The translations under genes and the position numbers were made by a program. A stretch of DNA of 63,979 nucleotides, counting the filler, from a bacterium (GTDB lineage: Bacteria; JBBIVP01), in NCBI GenBank assembly GCA_037439705.1. It is 8 parts of 8 records of this genome, joined end to end, with 100 filler letters (N's around TTAATTAATTAA, not from the genome) between each part and the next. Parts side by side here need not be neighbours in the genome. Positions count along the whole stretch, not along the records: positions 48,393 to 56,160 come from JBBIVP010000104.1; positions 56,261 to 63,979 come from JBBIVP010000105.1; 6 more parts are not named here. The stretch is one strand, 5' to 3'. The notes below the pieces were generated by a model. The model did not search any database, was not told the origin of the DNA, and was given only the letters and a program-made list of their open reading frames with translations. Positions 50,114-60,364 of this stretch are shown piece after piece (position 1 is the first letter of the stretch; every line of letters begins with the position of its first letter).

Positions 50114-51129
50114 CAAACAGGGAAAGATTTTTAAGAGCCCTCAAGAAAGAGGATGTTGACAGGACACCTGTATGGATAATGAGGCAGGCAGGGAGGTATC
50201 TGAAGGAATACAGGGAATTGAGAGAAAAATTTTCTTTCGCTGAAATGTGCAAAAATCCAGAACTTGCGACTGAGGTTTCACTTTTACCTTTTAAATTTGC
50301 TGAGCTTGATGCAATTATTGTCTTTGCGGACATCCTCATTCCCCTTGAGGTATTTGGAATATCTATCAATTACAATCAGAATGGAAAACCATTTGTGGAA
50401 GGGAGCATTGATGCGCTCCTTTTAAAGAGGGAGCTGGAAATAGAAGAAAAACTTGGATTTGTCGGTAAAACCATAAAAAACCTGATATCAGAAAAAAAAG
50501 TATGTGCAATAATAGGATTTTCAGGGGCTCCTTTTACATTGATAAGCTACATAATTGAAAAAAAATGGAATGGCGATTTCTCAAGGACAAGGGCTTTCGC
50601 GATGAAAGAAAAAGAGAAGTGGGGAATGGCTATGGAAAATCTCACAGAGCTCGTAATTAGATATCTCGTGATGCAGGCGAGAAGTGGAGCAGATGTGGTT
50701 CAGTTGTTTGATAGCTGGGTTGGATGGCTTTCACCTTCTGAATACAGAGAATTTGTCTTGAAATATACCAAGAAAATTATTGATGAGGTTGAAAAATTTG
50801 TTCCTGTTATTCATTTTTCAACGGGTTCTGCTGGACTTCTGGAGGAAATAGCTTCAGCGGGAGGAAAAGTTATAGCTATTGACTGGAGGGTTAAGATAGA
50901 TGAAGCTTGGAAAAGAATCGGATATGAAAGAGGCATTCAGGGAAATCTTGACCCCGCAGTTCTTTTAACAACAAAGGAAGAGATAGAAAAAGGAGTAAAA
51001 GAGATTTTAATGAGGGTTGAAAACAGAAACGGGCACATTTTCAACCTTGGTCATGGAATTCTTCCTGATACGGCTGTTGAGAATATGCAGTTTCTGGTTG
51101 ATGTGGTCCATAAACTTTCAGAGAGGTGA
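50110..51129 (+). CDS. hemE: Uroporphyrinogen decarboxylase
   Basis: PVWIMRQAGRYL, FADIL, GFSGAPFTL, QGNLDP, NLGHGI. Confidence 0.97.
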   Translation: MTNRERFLRALKKEDVDRTPVWIMRQAGRYLKEYRELREKFSFAEMCKNPELATEVSLLPFKFAELDAIIVFADILIPLEVFGISINYNQNGKPFVEGSIDALLLKRELEIEEKLGFVGKTIKNLISEKKVCAIIGFSGAPFTLISYIIEKKWNGDFSRTRAFAMKEKEKWGMAMENLTELVIRYLVMQARSGADVVQLFDSWVGWLSPSEYREFVLKYTKKIIDEVEKFVPVIHFSTGSAGLLEEIASAGGKVIAIDWRVKIDEAWKRIGYERGIQGNLDPAVLLTTKEEIEKGVKEILMRVENRNGHIFNLGHGILPDTAVENMQFLVDVVHKLSER

Positions 51130-51941
51130 TGGAAAAACCTGTAGTCTTGTTTGCTGGTTTTGGTGCCCCCTATTCGTCGGAGAACTCCATAAGGGATTTT
51201 TTGACGAAACTTTATGGAAAAGAACCATCAAAAGAGGTTGTAGATGAGCTTCTTAAAAGATACAGAAGAATTGGGCGTTCACCATTTATGGATAAATTGT
51301 TTCAAGTTTGTTCAGAAATCTCAAAAGCCACTGGAATTTTTTGCACTCCAATTATGAAATATACACCCCCATTTTTTGAATCAATAAAAGAAATAAAGGC
51401 AGAAAAATTTATTATATTTCCTCTATCCCCTTTTTCCTCCGGAAACGATTTTTCAGAGGAAATTGCAAAATGGATTTCAAAAAATGGAGGCAGGGCTGTT
51501 TCAGTTGAAAACTGGGGATTGGATGATTCTTTTATAAAATTTGCGTCAGAGTTTATAAAAAACAAAAATTACGGAGAATTTGTATTTACTGCTCATTCCC
51601 TTCCAAACAGATTCCAAATTTATAGAGAAAATGTGTTGATGTCAGCAGAAAGGATTGCAGAGGAAGGAGGGCTTAAGAAATTTTTCGTAGCCTTTCAGAG
51701 TGGAAGGGAGGGATGGCTTTCACCATCCATTGATGAGGTTCTGAAAGAAGTGAGGTCAAAGGAAATTCTCATTTTTCCATTCGGCTTCTTTGCAGAGTGC
51801 CTTGAGACACTTTATGACCTTGACATATTATTCAAGGAAAAGGCGGATTCTCTGGGCATAAAACTGAAAAGACTCCCTGCGCTTAGCGAAATAGATGGCT
51901 TTTCCGATTTTTTGATATCAAAAATTATGGAAGAAATATAG
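51126..51941 (+). CDS. hemH: Ferrochelatase (short, divergent)
   Basis: RYRRIGRSP, FTAHSLP, FQS..WLSP, ECLETLYDLD. Confidence 0.88.
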   Translation: MMEKPVVLFAGFGAPYSSENSIRDFLTKLYGKEPSKEVVDELLKRYRRIGRSPFMDKLFQVCSEISKATGIFCTPIMKYTPPFFESIKEIKAEKFIIFPLSPFSSGNDFSEEIAKWISKNGGRAVSVENWGLDDSFIKFASEFIKNKNYGEFVFTAHSLPNRFQIYRENVLMSAERIAEEGGLKKFFVAFQSGREGWLSPSIDEVLKEVRSKEILIFPFGFFAECLETLYDLDILFKEKADSLGIKLKRLPALSEIDGFSDFLISKIMEEI

Positions 51942-51952
51942 GATTTTCGTAA

Positions 51953-51980
51953 TTGAAATTTAGAAAATTTAAGGTAGAAT
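51953..51980 (+). promoter_or_regulatory. Sigma-70-type promoter for the GH18 gene
   Basis: TTGAAA-N16-TAGAAT. Confidence 0.5.
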
Positions 51981-52007
51981 TAAAAATATAACAAATTAGA
52001 TGGTGAT

Positions 52008-54551
52008 ATGGAGTCTCTAAACTATAGAAAGAAGCAGTTTTTTATCTTTATTATAGCTACTTTTTTGATATCCTGCGGTGAAGAAATACCTTCTGATTAC
52101 AAGAGCATTCACGAATTACAGATGGAAGAATTTAAAGATATAACTCCCCCTATTTTGCCAGAAAAGGAGTGGAAAATCACTCGGGAGTTAGTTACACTCT
52201 CACAGCCTATTGTGAACAAGCAAGTGATGGGATTCATGCCATACTGGAGCACCTCCACATCAGAAATACAGTGGGACCTCCTTACAATCCTTTCATATTT
52301 CGCTGCTGAAGTTGATCCATCAACAGGAAATCTTACAAATCTTCATGGCTGGCCTTCCTCTGCACCAATTGCAACTGCCCACGCAAATGGCGTGAAGGTT
52401 CTGCTCACAGCAACGCTTTTCGGCAGTTCAAATATATCCACATTTCTGAACAGCGCATCAGCAAGAAATAACTTTATAAATCAGATTCTGAACCAGGTTC
52501 AGTCCGCAGGGGCTGACGGAGTGTGTATTGATTTTGAATTCCCCAGCTCCTCAGACCGCGATAATTTTACAAATTTTATCGCTGACCTCGCTAATGCCTT
52601 TCACTCCAGCATTCCCAGTTCTCTCGTCACCATTGCCACACCAGCAGTGGACTGGAATGGTGCCTTTGACTTCAATTCTCTCACTGATTATGCTGATTAC
52701 CTCTTTATTATGGCTTATGATTATCACTGGAGTGGAGGAGATCCAGGACCTGTATCTCCGTTAGTAAGTGAAGGTGTTTGGCCTCCTAACGGCATATGCG
52801 TCCAGAGGACGATAAACACCTATATTTACGGTTCATCAGGGGTTGGTGATGCAAAGAAAAACAAATTGATTCTCGGTCTACCATATTATGGGTTCAATTG
52901 GCCAACAACGAACAATTGCGTAGTTGGTGACACAGCAACAGGAAATGCGAGTGCAATTTTATACAACTCTGCAGAAAGTAATGCAGAAACATACGGTAAA
53001 AGGTGGGACAGCGGTTTTACATATGGACCAAATGGAGGCTCGTGGACTCCATACTATTGTTATGTTTCAGCCGCTTATCGTCAGGTTTGGTATGATGACT
53101 GGACATCATTGGGAACAAAATTCGGACTTGTGAACAGGCTTGGACTTGGAGGAACAGGTATGTGGGCTTTGAACTATGACAGCGGAAGGACTGAACTGTG
53201 GGAAGAGATAAGAAGGCAATTGGGACCGAGCTTGCGCTATTTTTCTTACACAATAGATGATAGTAGCGGCGGAAATGGGAACGGCACCCCTGAGCCAGGT
53301 GAAACTATTCAGTTAAAGGTGTGGATAAAGAACGATTCCACCCTTACCTTTAATGCAGTTCGGGCAGAGTTGTGGAATAGTGACCCATATGTTACAATGA
53401 TAGATGAATATGAATATTACGGAAATATGCCGGGAGGGACAACTGCAACATCATCCATTGATGGGGCATATGACTTTAGCATTTCTTCTACAACCCCAGG
53501 TGGTCATGTAATAACTTTTATAATGGACTTTTATGAGGGAATAAGACAGTTCAAGGACAACTTTGATGGCGCTACAACGAGATTTACTCCTTCTTGTTCA
53601 TTGGGTTCTGGTGTATGGGAAAGGGGTGTTCTTTTAACCGGACCATTGTCCGCTCATTCAAACAGGCAGGTTTTTGCCACAAATCTTTCAGGAACATATC
53701 CCAACAATGTTGACTGCACACTCACATCCGAGCCATTTCTGATTCCATCCGGTCCATATGCACGGCTTACATTCTGGCACTGGTATGACATTGAATGGCA
53801 GTATGATGTTGGATATGTTGAATTGAGGCACGCTGCGCCTGTTAATAATAGTTGTTCAGGTGTCACATGGAGCGGATGGAAGAAACTCTATCCTCTTGGC
53901 GGTTATCCTGGAAGAACAATTGGTGGGTCTTCGTCCAACACCTACAACATATGGGGGTTCATGGGACAGTCAAATGGATGGAAGAAAGCAAGTTTTGACC
54001 TTACTTCCTATGTCCCAAACTGCATTCAGATAAGATTCAGATTTGAGACAGATGGTGCAACTGTGGCACAGGGATGGTTCATTGATAGCCTGATAGTTCA
54101 TGAAGGGAGAGGGACATGCAACATTTATAGCCGTTGTGGTGTTGACAGATTTAGCATCACTGTTACACTCGGTGATTTAATTCCTCCGGATTTTATAAAT
54201 ATATCCGCAATTCCAGATCCCGCAAAATATAATGATAAGGTAATAATTACCTTATCTGCAACAGAGCCACTCATCTCCCCACCTTCAGTTACAATAAGTG
54301 GAAGACCTGCTACTTTCATTTCTCAAAACGAGCGAGGGGATTACATATATTCCTACAAGGTTATCGCACAACCTCCAGAAGTGGATGGAACCAACACAAT
54401 AAGTATAGTTGGCATGGACATTGCAGGAAACATCGGAACGAGAGCTTCAACACTCACAATAGATTTTGATAATGATAATGATAATGATGGAATACCTGAT
54501 GGAATAGAAGCACAAAGTGGCCTTAATTCCGGAGAGATTTTAGAACAATGA
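52008..54551 (+). CDS. Multidomain GH18 glycoside hydrolase lipoprotein
   Basis: Lipobox LISC; DGVCIDFE catalytic motif, IMAYDYH, LGLPYYG, QVWYDD, GMWAL; C-terminal beta-sandwich modules. Confidence 0.88.
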   Translation: MESLNYRKKQFFIFIIATFLISCGEEIPSDYKSIHELQMEEFKDITPPILPEKEWKITRELVTLSQPIVNKQVMGFMPYWSTSTSEIQWDLLTILSYFAAEVDPSTGNLTNLHGWPSSAPIATAHANGVKVLLTATLFGSSNISTFLNSASARNNFINQILNQVQSAGADGVCIDFEFPSSSDRDNFTNFIADLANAFHSSIPSSLVTIATPAVDWNGAFDFNSLTDYADYLFIMAYDYHWSGGDPGPVSPLVSEGVWPPNGICVQRTINTYIYGSSGVGDAKKNKLILGLPYYGFNWPTTNNCVVGDTATGNASAILYNSAESNAETYGKRWDSGFTYGPNGGSWTPYYCYVSAAYRQVWYDDWTSLGTKFGLVNRLGLGGTGMWALNYDSGRTELWEEIRRQLGPSLRYFSYTIDDSSGGNGNGTPEPGETIQLKVWIKNDSTLTFNAVRAELWNSDPYVTMIDEYEYYGNMPGGTTATSSIDGAYDFSISSTTPGGHVITFIMDFYEGIRQFKDNFDGATTRFTPSCSLGSGVWERGVLLTGPLSAHSNRQVFATNLSGTYPNNVDCTLTSEPFLIPSGPYARLTFWHWYDIEWQYDVGYVELRHAAPVNNSCSGVTWSGWKKLYPLGGYPGRTIGGSSSNTYNIWGFMGQSNGWKKASFDLTSYVPNCIQIRFRFETDGATVAQGWFIDSLIVHEGRGTCNIYSRCGVDRFSITVTLGDLIPPDFINISAIPDPAKYNDKVIITLSATEPLISPPSVTISGRPATFISQNERGDYIYSYKVIAQPPEVDGTNTISIVGMDIAGNIGTRASTLTIDFDNDNDNDGIPDGIEAQSGLNSGEILEQ

Positions 54552-55006
54552 GATGGAAACCTCTTTTCTATATTTTTGCACTCCTTATCTCCTTTTGTAA
54601 TCTTTCAGATGAAGAAAATTTAAACTCCATTCTCGAAATCCTTGCAAAAGCCTGCTTAAAAAAAGACATAAAGACTATAGAAAAATATGTGTCAAAGGAT
54701 TATCATGACCTTAAAGGAAATGATTATAAAGGGTTACGCTTTCTCCTTACTGATTACTTTCTCAAGCAACCAAAAATTTCCATTATTATTACAGAACAAA
54801 AAATTGACTTAAAAAAAGAGATAGCTACGGTTGAAATTCATGCTATCCTTTCTTATGAAAAAGAAATTAAATCCTTCTATGTATTCATTATTGACTTCAA
54901 AAAAATAGATGGGAAATGGCTCATTTTGAGCGCTGATTGGTTCAAGTCTGATGAAAGACGTAAAAATTATAAGTCAATTCACGAACTTCAAATGGAAGAG
55001 CATTGA
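54548..55006 (+). CDS. Exported NTF2/SnoaL-like protein
   Basis: Signal-like N-terminus with Cys; KDIKTIEKYVSKDY..G; FKKIDGKWLILSADW. Confidence 0.7.
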   Translation: MRWKPLFYIFALLISFCNLSDEENLNSILEILAKACLKKDIKTIEKYVSKDYHDLKGNDYKGLRFLLTDYFLKQPKISIIITEQKIDLKKEIATVEIHAILSYEKEIKSFYVFIIDFKKIDGKWLILSADWFKSDERRKNYKSIHELQMEEH

Positions 55007-55077
55007 TTTCATCATTATGTGAAGTGTAAGAGGAGTGTAGGATGAGAGAGTAGTGTTTGAAAAAAAGAATAAAATTC

Positions 55078-55105
55078 TTGATTAGCCGGGCATAAGGTGT
55101 AAAAT
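55078..55105 (+). promoter_or_regulatory. Sigma-70-type promoter for hemY
   Basis: TTGATT-N16-TAAAAT. Confidence 0.45.
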
Positions 55106-55182
55106 GAAAATTAAAACTTAAGAGAAATTAACTCATGATTTTTGTGAAGAAAGGAAGAAAAAAACTATAAACAGTTAAAAAT

Positions 55183-56160
55183 ATGAGAATAGCAGTAATA
55201 GGTGGAGGAATTTCGGGATTGAGTTGTGCATATTATCTTTACAAAAAAGGGCATGAAATTTGCGTTTTTGAAAGGGAAAAAAGATTTGGTGGCACAATAA
55301 TAACAGAGAAAGTGAATGATTTTCTAATTGAAGGCGGACCAGACTGTTTTTTGAGAGAGAAGGAATGGGGGGTTAAGTTAATAAAAGAGCTTGGAATGGA
55401 AGATGAATTGATAGGAACAAATGAAGCGTTTAATTCCACCTATGTTTTATGGAGAGGGAAACTTCACAAAATACCCGAAGGTTTTTTTCTTCTTGTTCCT
55501 ACGAAAATTCTTCCTTTTATCAAAAGCGGGTTATTTTCAGTTTCTGGAAAATTAAGGGCAGGTTTTGAGATTTTCATACCTCCTCGGAATGATGAGGCTG
55601 ATGAAAGCCTTGCAGATTTTGTTATTAGACGATTTGGAAGAGAAGTTCTTGAAAAAATTGCAGAGCCTCTCATTGCTGGAGTCCATGCAGGTGACCCTCA
55701 AAAAATGAGCGTAAAGGCAACTTTTCCATATTTTATTGATGTAGAAAACTCATACGGCAGTCTCCTAAAGTGGGCTTTGAAAAGAGGGACAAAGGCATGG
55801 GTTTCACCATTCATTACCCTGAAAGATGGTTTGGGCAGTCTCATAGATAAACTTGTGGAAGTGATGAAGGAAAAAGTTTTTCTGTTTAAAGAAAAACCTG
55901 TTGAATGTATAAAAAGAAAAAATGGAAAATGGGAGGTTCATTACAGTGGAGGGATTGAGACATTTGACAGAGTTGTTTTTGCTACTCCCTCTTTTGTTTC
56001 CGCATGGATATTGAGAGATTTTCCCGTTTCAAAACTTCTTCATGAAATTCCCTATGTATCAACTGCTACAGTTTCAATGGGATTTTATGAAAATGATTTA
56101 GAGATTCCCGATGTATATGGATTTGTGGTTCCGGCTATTGAACTTAAAAGAATTAACGCT
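55183..56160 (+). CDS. hemY: HemY-type proto/coproporphyrinogen oxidase (3' truncated)
   Basis: IAVIGGGISGL, IEGGPDCF, DESLADFVIRRFG.E, EPLIAGVHAGD, GFVVP. Confidence 0.93.
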
Positions 56161-56260
56161 NNNNNNNNNNNNNNNNNNNNNNNNNNNNNNNNNNNNNNNN
56201 NNNNTTAATTAATTAANNNNNNNNNNNNNNNNNNNNNNNNNNNNNNNNNNNNNNNNNNNN
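56161..56260. other. Artificial contig linker
   Basis: N-TTAATTAATTAA-N, 100 nt. Confidence 0.99.
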
Positions 56261-56749
56261 ATCTGCTCCTGAATCCATTATTCTTTTGGCGGTTTCTCCG
56301 AAGTTCCTTATCAGTTTTTTTATCTCCTCAATCTCCATCTCCTTCGGAGGCTCCCTCATCGCAAAGCAGGGAATGGAGGAAGGCGCATATAATGGAAGAA
56401 GGGATGTAGAAGAGGTTGACTGTCTACCTGGATGCCATATCTGGAAAAATATCTTTGTGCCATAACCTTTTATCGTTTCCACAAGTTTTTTTGCCCCATC
56501 AATCCATCCTTCGCGAAAGGGTTGTAAAAAGGTCTCATCTGTAACTGCGCTTCTGTCTACACACTGGGCTTCAACGATTATGAGACCAACACCTCCTTGA
56601 GACCTCCTTTCGTGATAGGCAATGAGAGCATCCGTTATGAGCCCATCCTTCCCCAATTTTGTATGATGTGATGTAGAGACAATCCTGTTTTTTATAGTTT
56701 TATCCTTCATATTTATGGGGGAGAAAAGGTTTGGAAAAAAATTTTTCAT
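56261..56749 (-). CDS. NADH:flavin oxidoreductase / Old Yellow Enzyme family (3' truncated)
   Basis: LFSPI..IKNRIV, YHERRSQGGVGLII.E, QIWHPGRQ, APS. Confidence 0.9.
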
Positions 56750-57719
56750 TTCTTTCTCAATGAATTTAGAAAATTTTTAACCCTCTCATAGAGCGGAAAG
56801 AAGCCAAGCCTCTGCGCTGTTTCTGAATTTACGACATCTGCCCTTTCCGTAAGAATGGATAGAGTTTCATCATCAAGACGAATTTCCTTCATTCCATTTT
56901 TTATCAATTCTTTCTGTGTCCTATCGTTCAGTTCCTTTATCCTTTCCCTTAAAATTGGAAATATCTCCTTCCAGGCATTAACGATTAAAATTCTGTCATT
57001 TTCATTGAGGGCGTTAAAGAATCCTCTATTAATCAAAATTCCTCCGCCTGTAAATGTGCATGGCGGGAAAAGAAAGTAATTCACCCTTCCAGCCCATTGA
57101 AGGGAAAGAAGGGTATATGGGGGGGAATAAACCGTCTCCACTATTCCCATTGGTAACGCATTATAAACATCAACTATCTGAAGCATTATTGGGGAAGCGG
57201 AAAGAACCTTCTCAACGAAGTTCTTTGCGTGAAGGTCACCCTGCCAGACCCAATACTTTGTGTTCCTCAATTTCTCAAGTGTGGAAATGTCTTTTGAGGA
57301 ATAAAGAAATACCTGACCAGTCTCTACCCAGCCAAGAAAAACCACGCCCTTATTTTCTCCTGATTTTTTTATATCCTCAAAGAGAAAATCTCTGGTCATG
57401 TTCCATTCATCATAATCTCTGTAAAAAAAGAGGAAATTAAAAATTCTTATCTCTGGGATGAATAAAGAAATCCCGAATTCTGTAAAAGCGCCTGCATGAA
57501 GCTGACCCATTCGCATCTTTCTTGCCATATCAGATTCATCACCCATTATCCCTCCGGGATAGATGAGAATCCTTCAGACTTATCTTCCACAATCCTTTTG
57601 AAATCATAATATGCTTCATACCAGGCGCCTCCTTCAGGAGCCAATGTCCCCAGTTTTATAATCTTCTGCTCAAATGTAAAAAATAAAGAAATAATAAATA
57701 TCACCTCCTTTAACCCCAT
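56746..57719 (-). pseudogene. dctP: TRAP substrate-binding protein DctP, frameshifted near 57572
   Basis: A 57-codon upstream ORF (IKLGTLAPEGGAW..KSEG) joins in another frame to ILIYPGGIMGDE..KMRMGQL. Confidence 0.8.
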
Positions 57720-57725
57720 CTTTAT

Positions 57726-58211
57726 TTAATCACCAATTTCCTTAAGCCACTCTTCAAAGGCTTCAATGTCAGGAAGAAAATCAAAGATGGAAGGATATCC
57801 CGGTGGAACGCACTCCACCTCAAGAAGGGTGAAGCAGGACGGGCAGTAGTATTCCCTTATTTCCACCCAATCAGGGTGAGGGGTCATAAATTCAGGGAAC
57901 ACCTCAAGAAATTTATCCATTGTATCCCTTATGTAAACCCTCGCCTTTTCTTTCCAGTTCTTCCTGTAATCGCCAAATTCAAAGCCGCAGTCACACTTTA
58001 TAACCCTCTCGCCATTTTTGTCCACTATAAAGAGGTGGAAGGAAAGAGGAAGAATTATTTTTTCTGGAAACCTGACCCTTTGCTGAAGAATATCCCTGAC
58101 AAGAAAGAACCTCTTCCTGTCCTTTTCAGATGTTATTATTTCCTTCAGCTTTTGCCAGGGAAGTTTACCATCTATGAGTTCCTCAATAGTTTTTCTGTCA
58201 TACTCTTTCAT
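57726..58211 (-). CDS. acxC: Acetone carboxylase gamma subunit-like
   Basis: KD..RF, IILPL..HLFIV, KCDCG.EFGDYRKNWK, REYYCPSC, PPGYP..DFLPDI. Confidence 0.9.
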   Translation of the reverse strand: MKEYDRKTIEELIDGKLPWQKLKEIITSEKDRKRFFLVRDILQQRVRFPEKIILPLSFHLFIVDKNGERVIKCDCGFEFGDYRKNWKEKARVYIRDTMDKFLEVFPEFMTPHPDWVEIREYYCPSCFTLLEVECVPPGYPSIFDFLPDIEAFEEWLKEIGD

Positions 58212-60364
58212 TCTATCCTAAAATCCTCATTCAATCCGTAAAATTCTTAAAATTCCTTCTTATACCTGGGAGAAAGTTCAAAACTTTCCTTGAACATCTC
58301 CCTCACATGTTCAGGAAGGGACTTCAATTTTTTAAGTTCTATCTTCTTAAATTCTTCAAAACTTATAGATTTTTTTCGCCTTTCTTCCCTTATCTTCTTT
58401 CTCCTTTCGTTTGTACTTTCTAAATCCACAATAAACTTTCCATTGACTTCCTTTGCAACGACACCGAAAACCTTCTCTGCTATATCCTTTGTATATATCT
58501 TTTCATCAAGGTCTTCCCTCACCCTTTCAGGCTCCCTTTCAATAGGGTCACCGCATCCAGGACCACCAAAAAGGATATAATGGATTAAATCGTAATCTTT
58601 AAATTCTGTTGGAAATAGAACCCCCTCTTTATTCCTTATCACTTCCCCTTTTATGAGATTTTCCATCTTTCTTTCCGCTGGAATCTCATCATCAATGGGA
58701 TAATCCATCTTATTCTCAAATATCTCCTTGAGATTCGTATTATGTGCTCTTAGAAGATAACCTGCATTTAAAGGATAACCTCCAAATATTCCGCCTCCGA
58801 GAAGATGGCATAGGCTTACAAGATAAATCTCAAAGTCCTTTACATTTCTTGCAATTCTTATACATTCCCATCCAGAACCTCCCCTGTATCTTCCATATCC
58901 TGCAGTATTTGGCTTAACTTTCCTTGAAAGATAGGGAAGACCGAGCTCAAGAAGTTCCCAGATTTCAGCGTCTCCCTGGTCCGATTCTGGATTCCACATA
59001 GCATATCCCCAATCAAGCCCATCCTTAATTGCGCTTGCTCCGAGACCAACGCATGAAAGTTCAAAGTTTGCTACAGGAAAATAAATGTTAAGAACTGTGT
59101 GAATACCACCTCCTGCTATCATTGAGCCTGTTGGTCCATATCCTGCTATTACCTCCTCCCAGTATCCTCTTGCGAAAAATCCCCTTGAAAGGCATGGAAA
59201 TAGTGCTCCGTATGCAGGTATTAAAAACATCCATGGTGTCCCGAAGGATGCAGTTGGGTCTTTTGTATTGCACCAGCTTCCAGGTGGGAAGTTGTATTCC
59301 ATAGCAAGATAACTCCCATCATTTACCCTTCCGTCATAGGCAATAACCTGAGACAAAAGAACCCAGAGTCCTCCCTGCATGGCTGTCTCAGAACAGTTGA
59401 AGGGATGGTATCCAGGCTTTGACGCACCGTCAAAGGAAAGTTTTATTTTTCCATCCTTTGTTATTTCTACCTCCATAGGCGCATGCATGAGTATGTCCTT
59501 TGATGCCTTCTTCAATGGATGTTTACCTTTAAACGGAATTGCTGCAAATGAAACAGCCCTGTATCTTCCTGGGATGAGCCTTTCCTTTACCCTCTGAATA
59601 AAAATTCTCCTTCCATCCTCTATGACCTCTCTGACAAACTCTTTATAATAGTCAATCCCCTCTTCATCTATGAATTTCAAAACTGCATCCCTTATAATGT
59701 AGCACCCTGCTACCCTGCACTTTTCGTCAAGGTCCCAGTAAAGAGGGGTCCTAACTGCCCTCTGACACCTTATTCTATGGTCTTTATGAATTTTATGGTT
59801 TGAACCAATTTTTTCGCAGACAAGATACAATCCATCTTCAAACCTTGAAGTTGAAACAATCGGGTCATGCCCAGGAGTTGTAGCACCTATATCAATCTCG
59901 TGAGTTACCCCTCCAGCCCATCCTATAATCTCTCCTTTATAAAAAATTGGAATCATAGTGTGAACATCCGTTGGATGCACATCTCCTATAAGCGGGTCAT
60001 TATTTGAAAATATATCACCGTCGTTTATTCCTGGGTCATCCTCATAATCATTCCTTATCATCCACTTTATTGCTTCAGACATGGTGTGAACATGAACGAT
60101 AATTCCAGTAGAAAGAACTATGGAATCCCCCTCTGGAGTATAAAGGGCAAAACAGAGTTCCCCTATGTTTCTAACAATCGGGGAGGCGCTGATGTGAAGC
60201 GCAGTTTCCCTTGCAGCAACCACAGCACCCCTCAATCTCGCAAAAAACCTCTCAAATTTTAATGGTTCTTCTTCCTTTAATTTCAATTCTTTTAAGCCAT
60301 AATAAAATCCACTTTCCTTGAAAATTTTTTCAGAATATAAAAGCATTTCTTTCAGTTTCATCAT
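58208..60364 (-). CDS. acxB: Acetone carboxylase alpha subunit-like (hydantoinase B family); in-frame TAA at 58247-58249, 13 codons before the probable natural stop
   Basis: ASPIV..GELCF, STGIIVHVHTM, metal-site HPTD and THEID, WNPE.D.GD.E.WE, GGPGCGDPIER. Confidence 0.9.

Noticed and set aside
54467-54490. GATAAT tandem repeat as a contingency locus
   Set aside because: In-frame hexamer encoding the DNDNDND acidic motif; explained by the protein sequence
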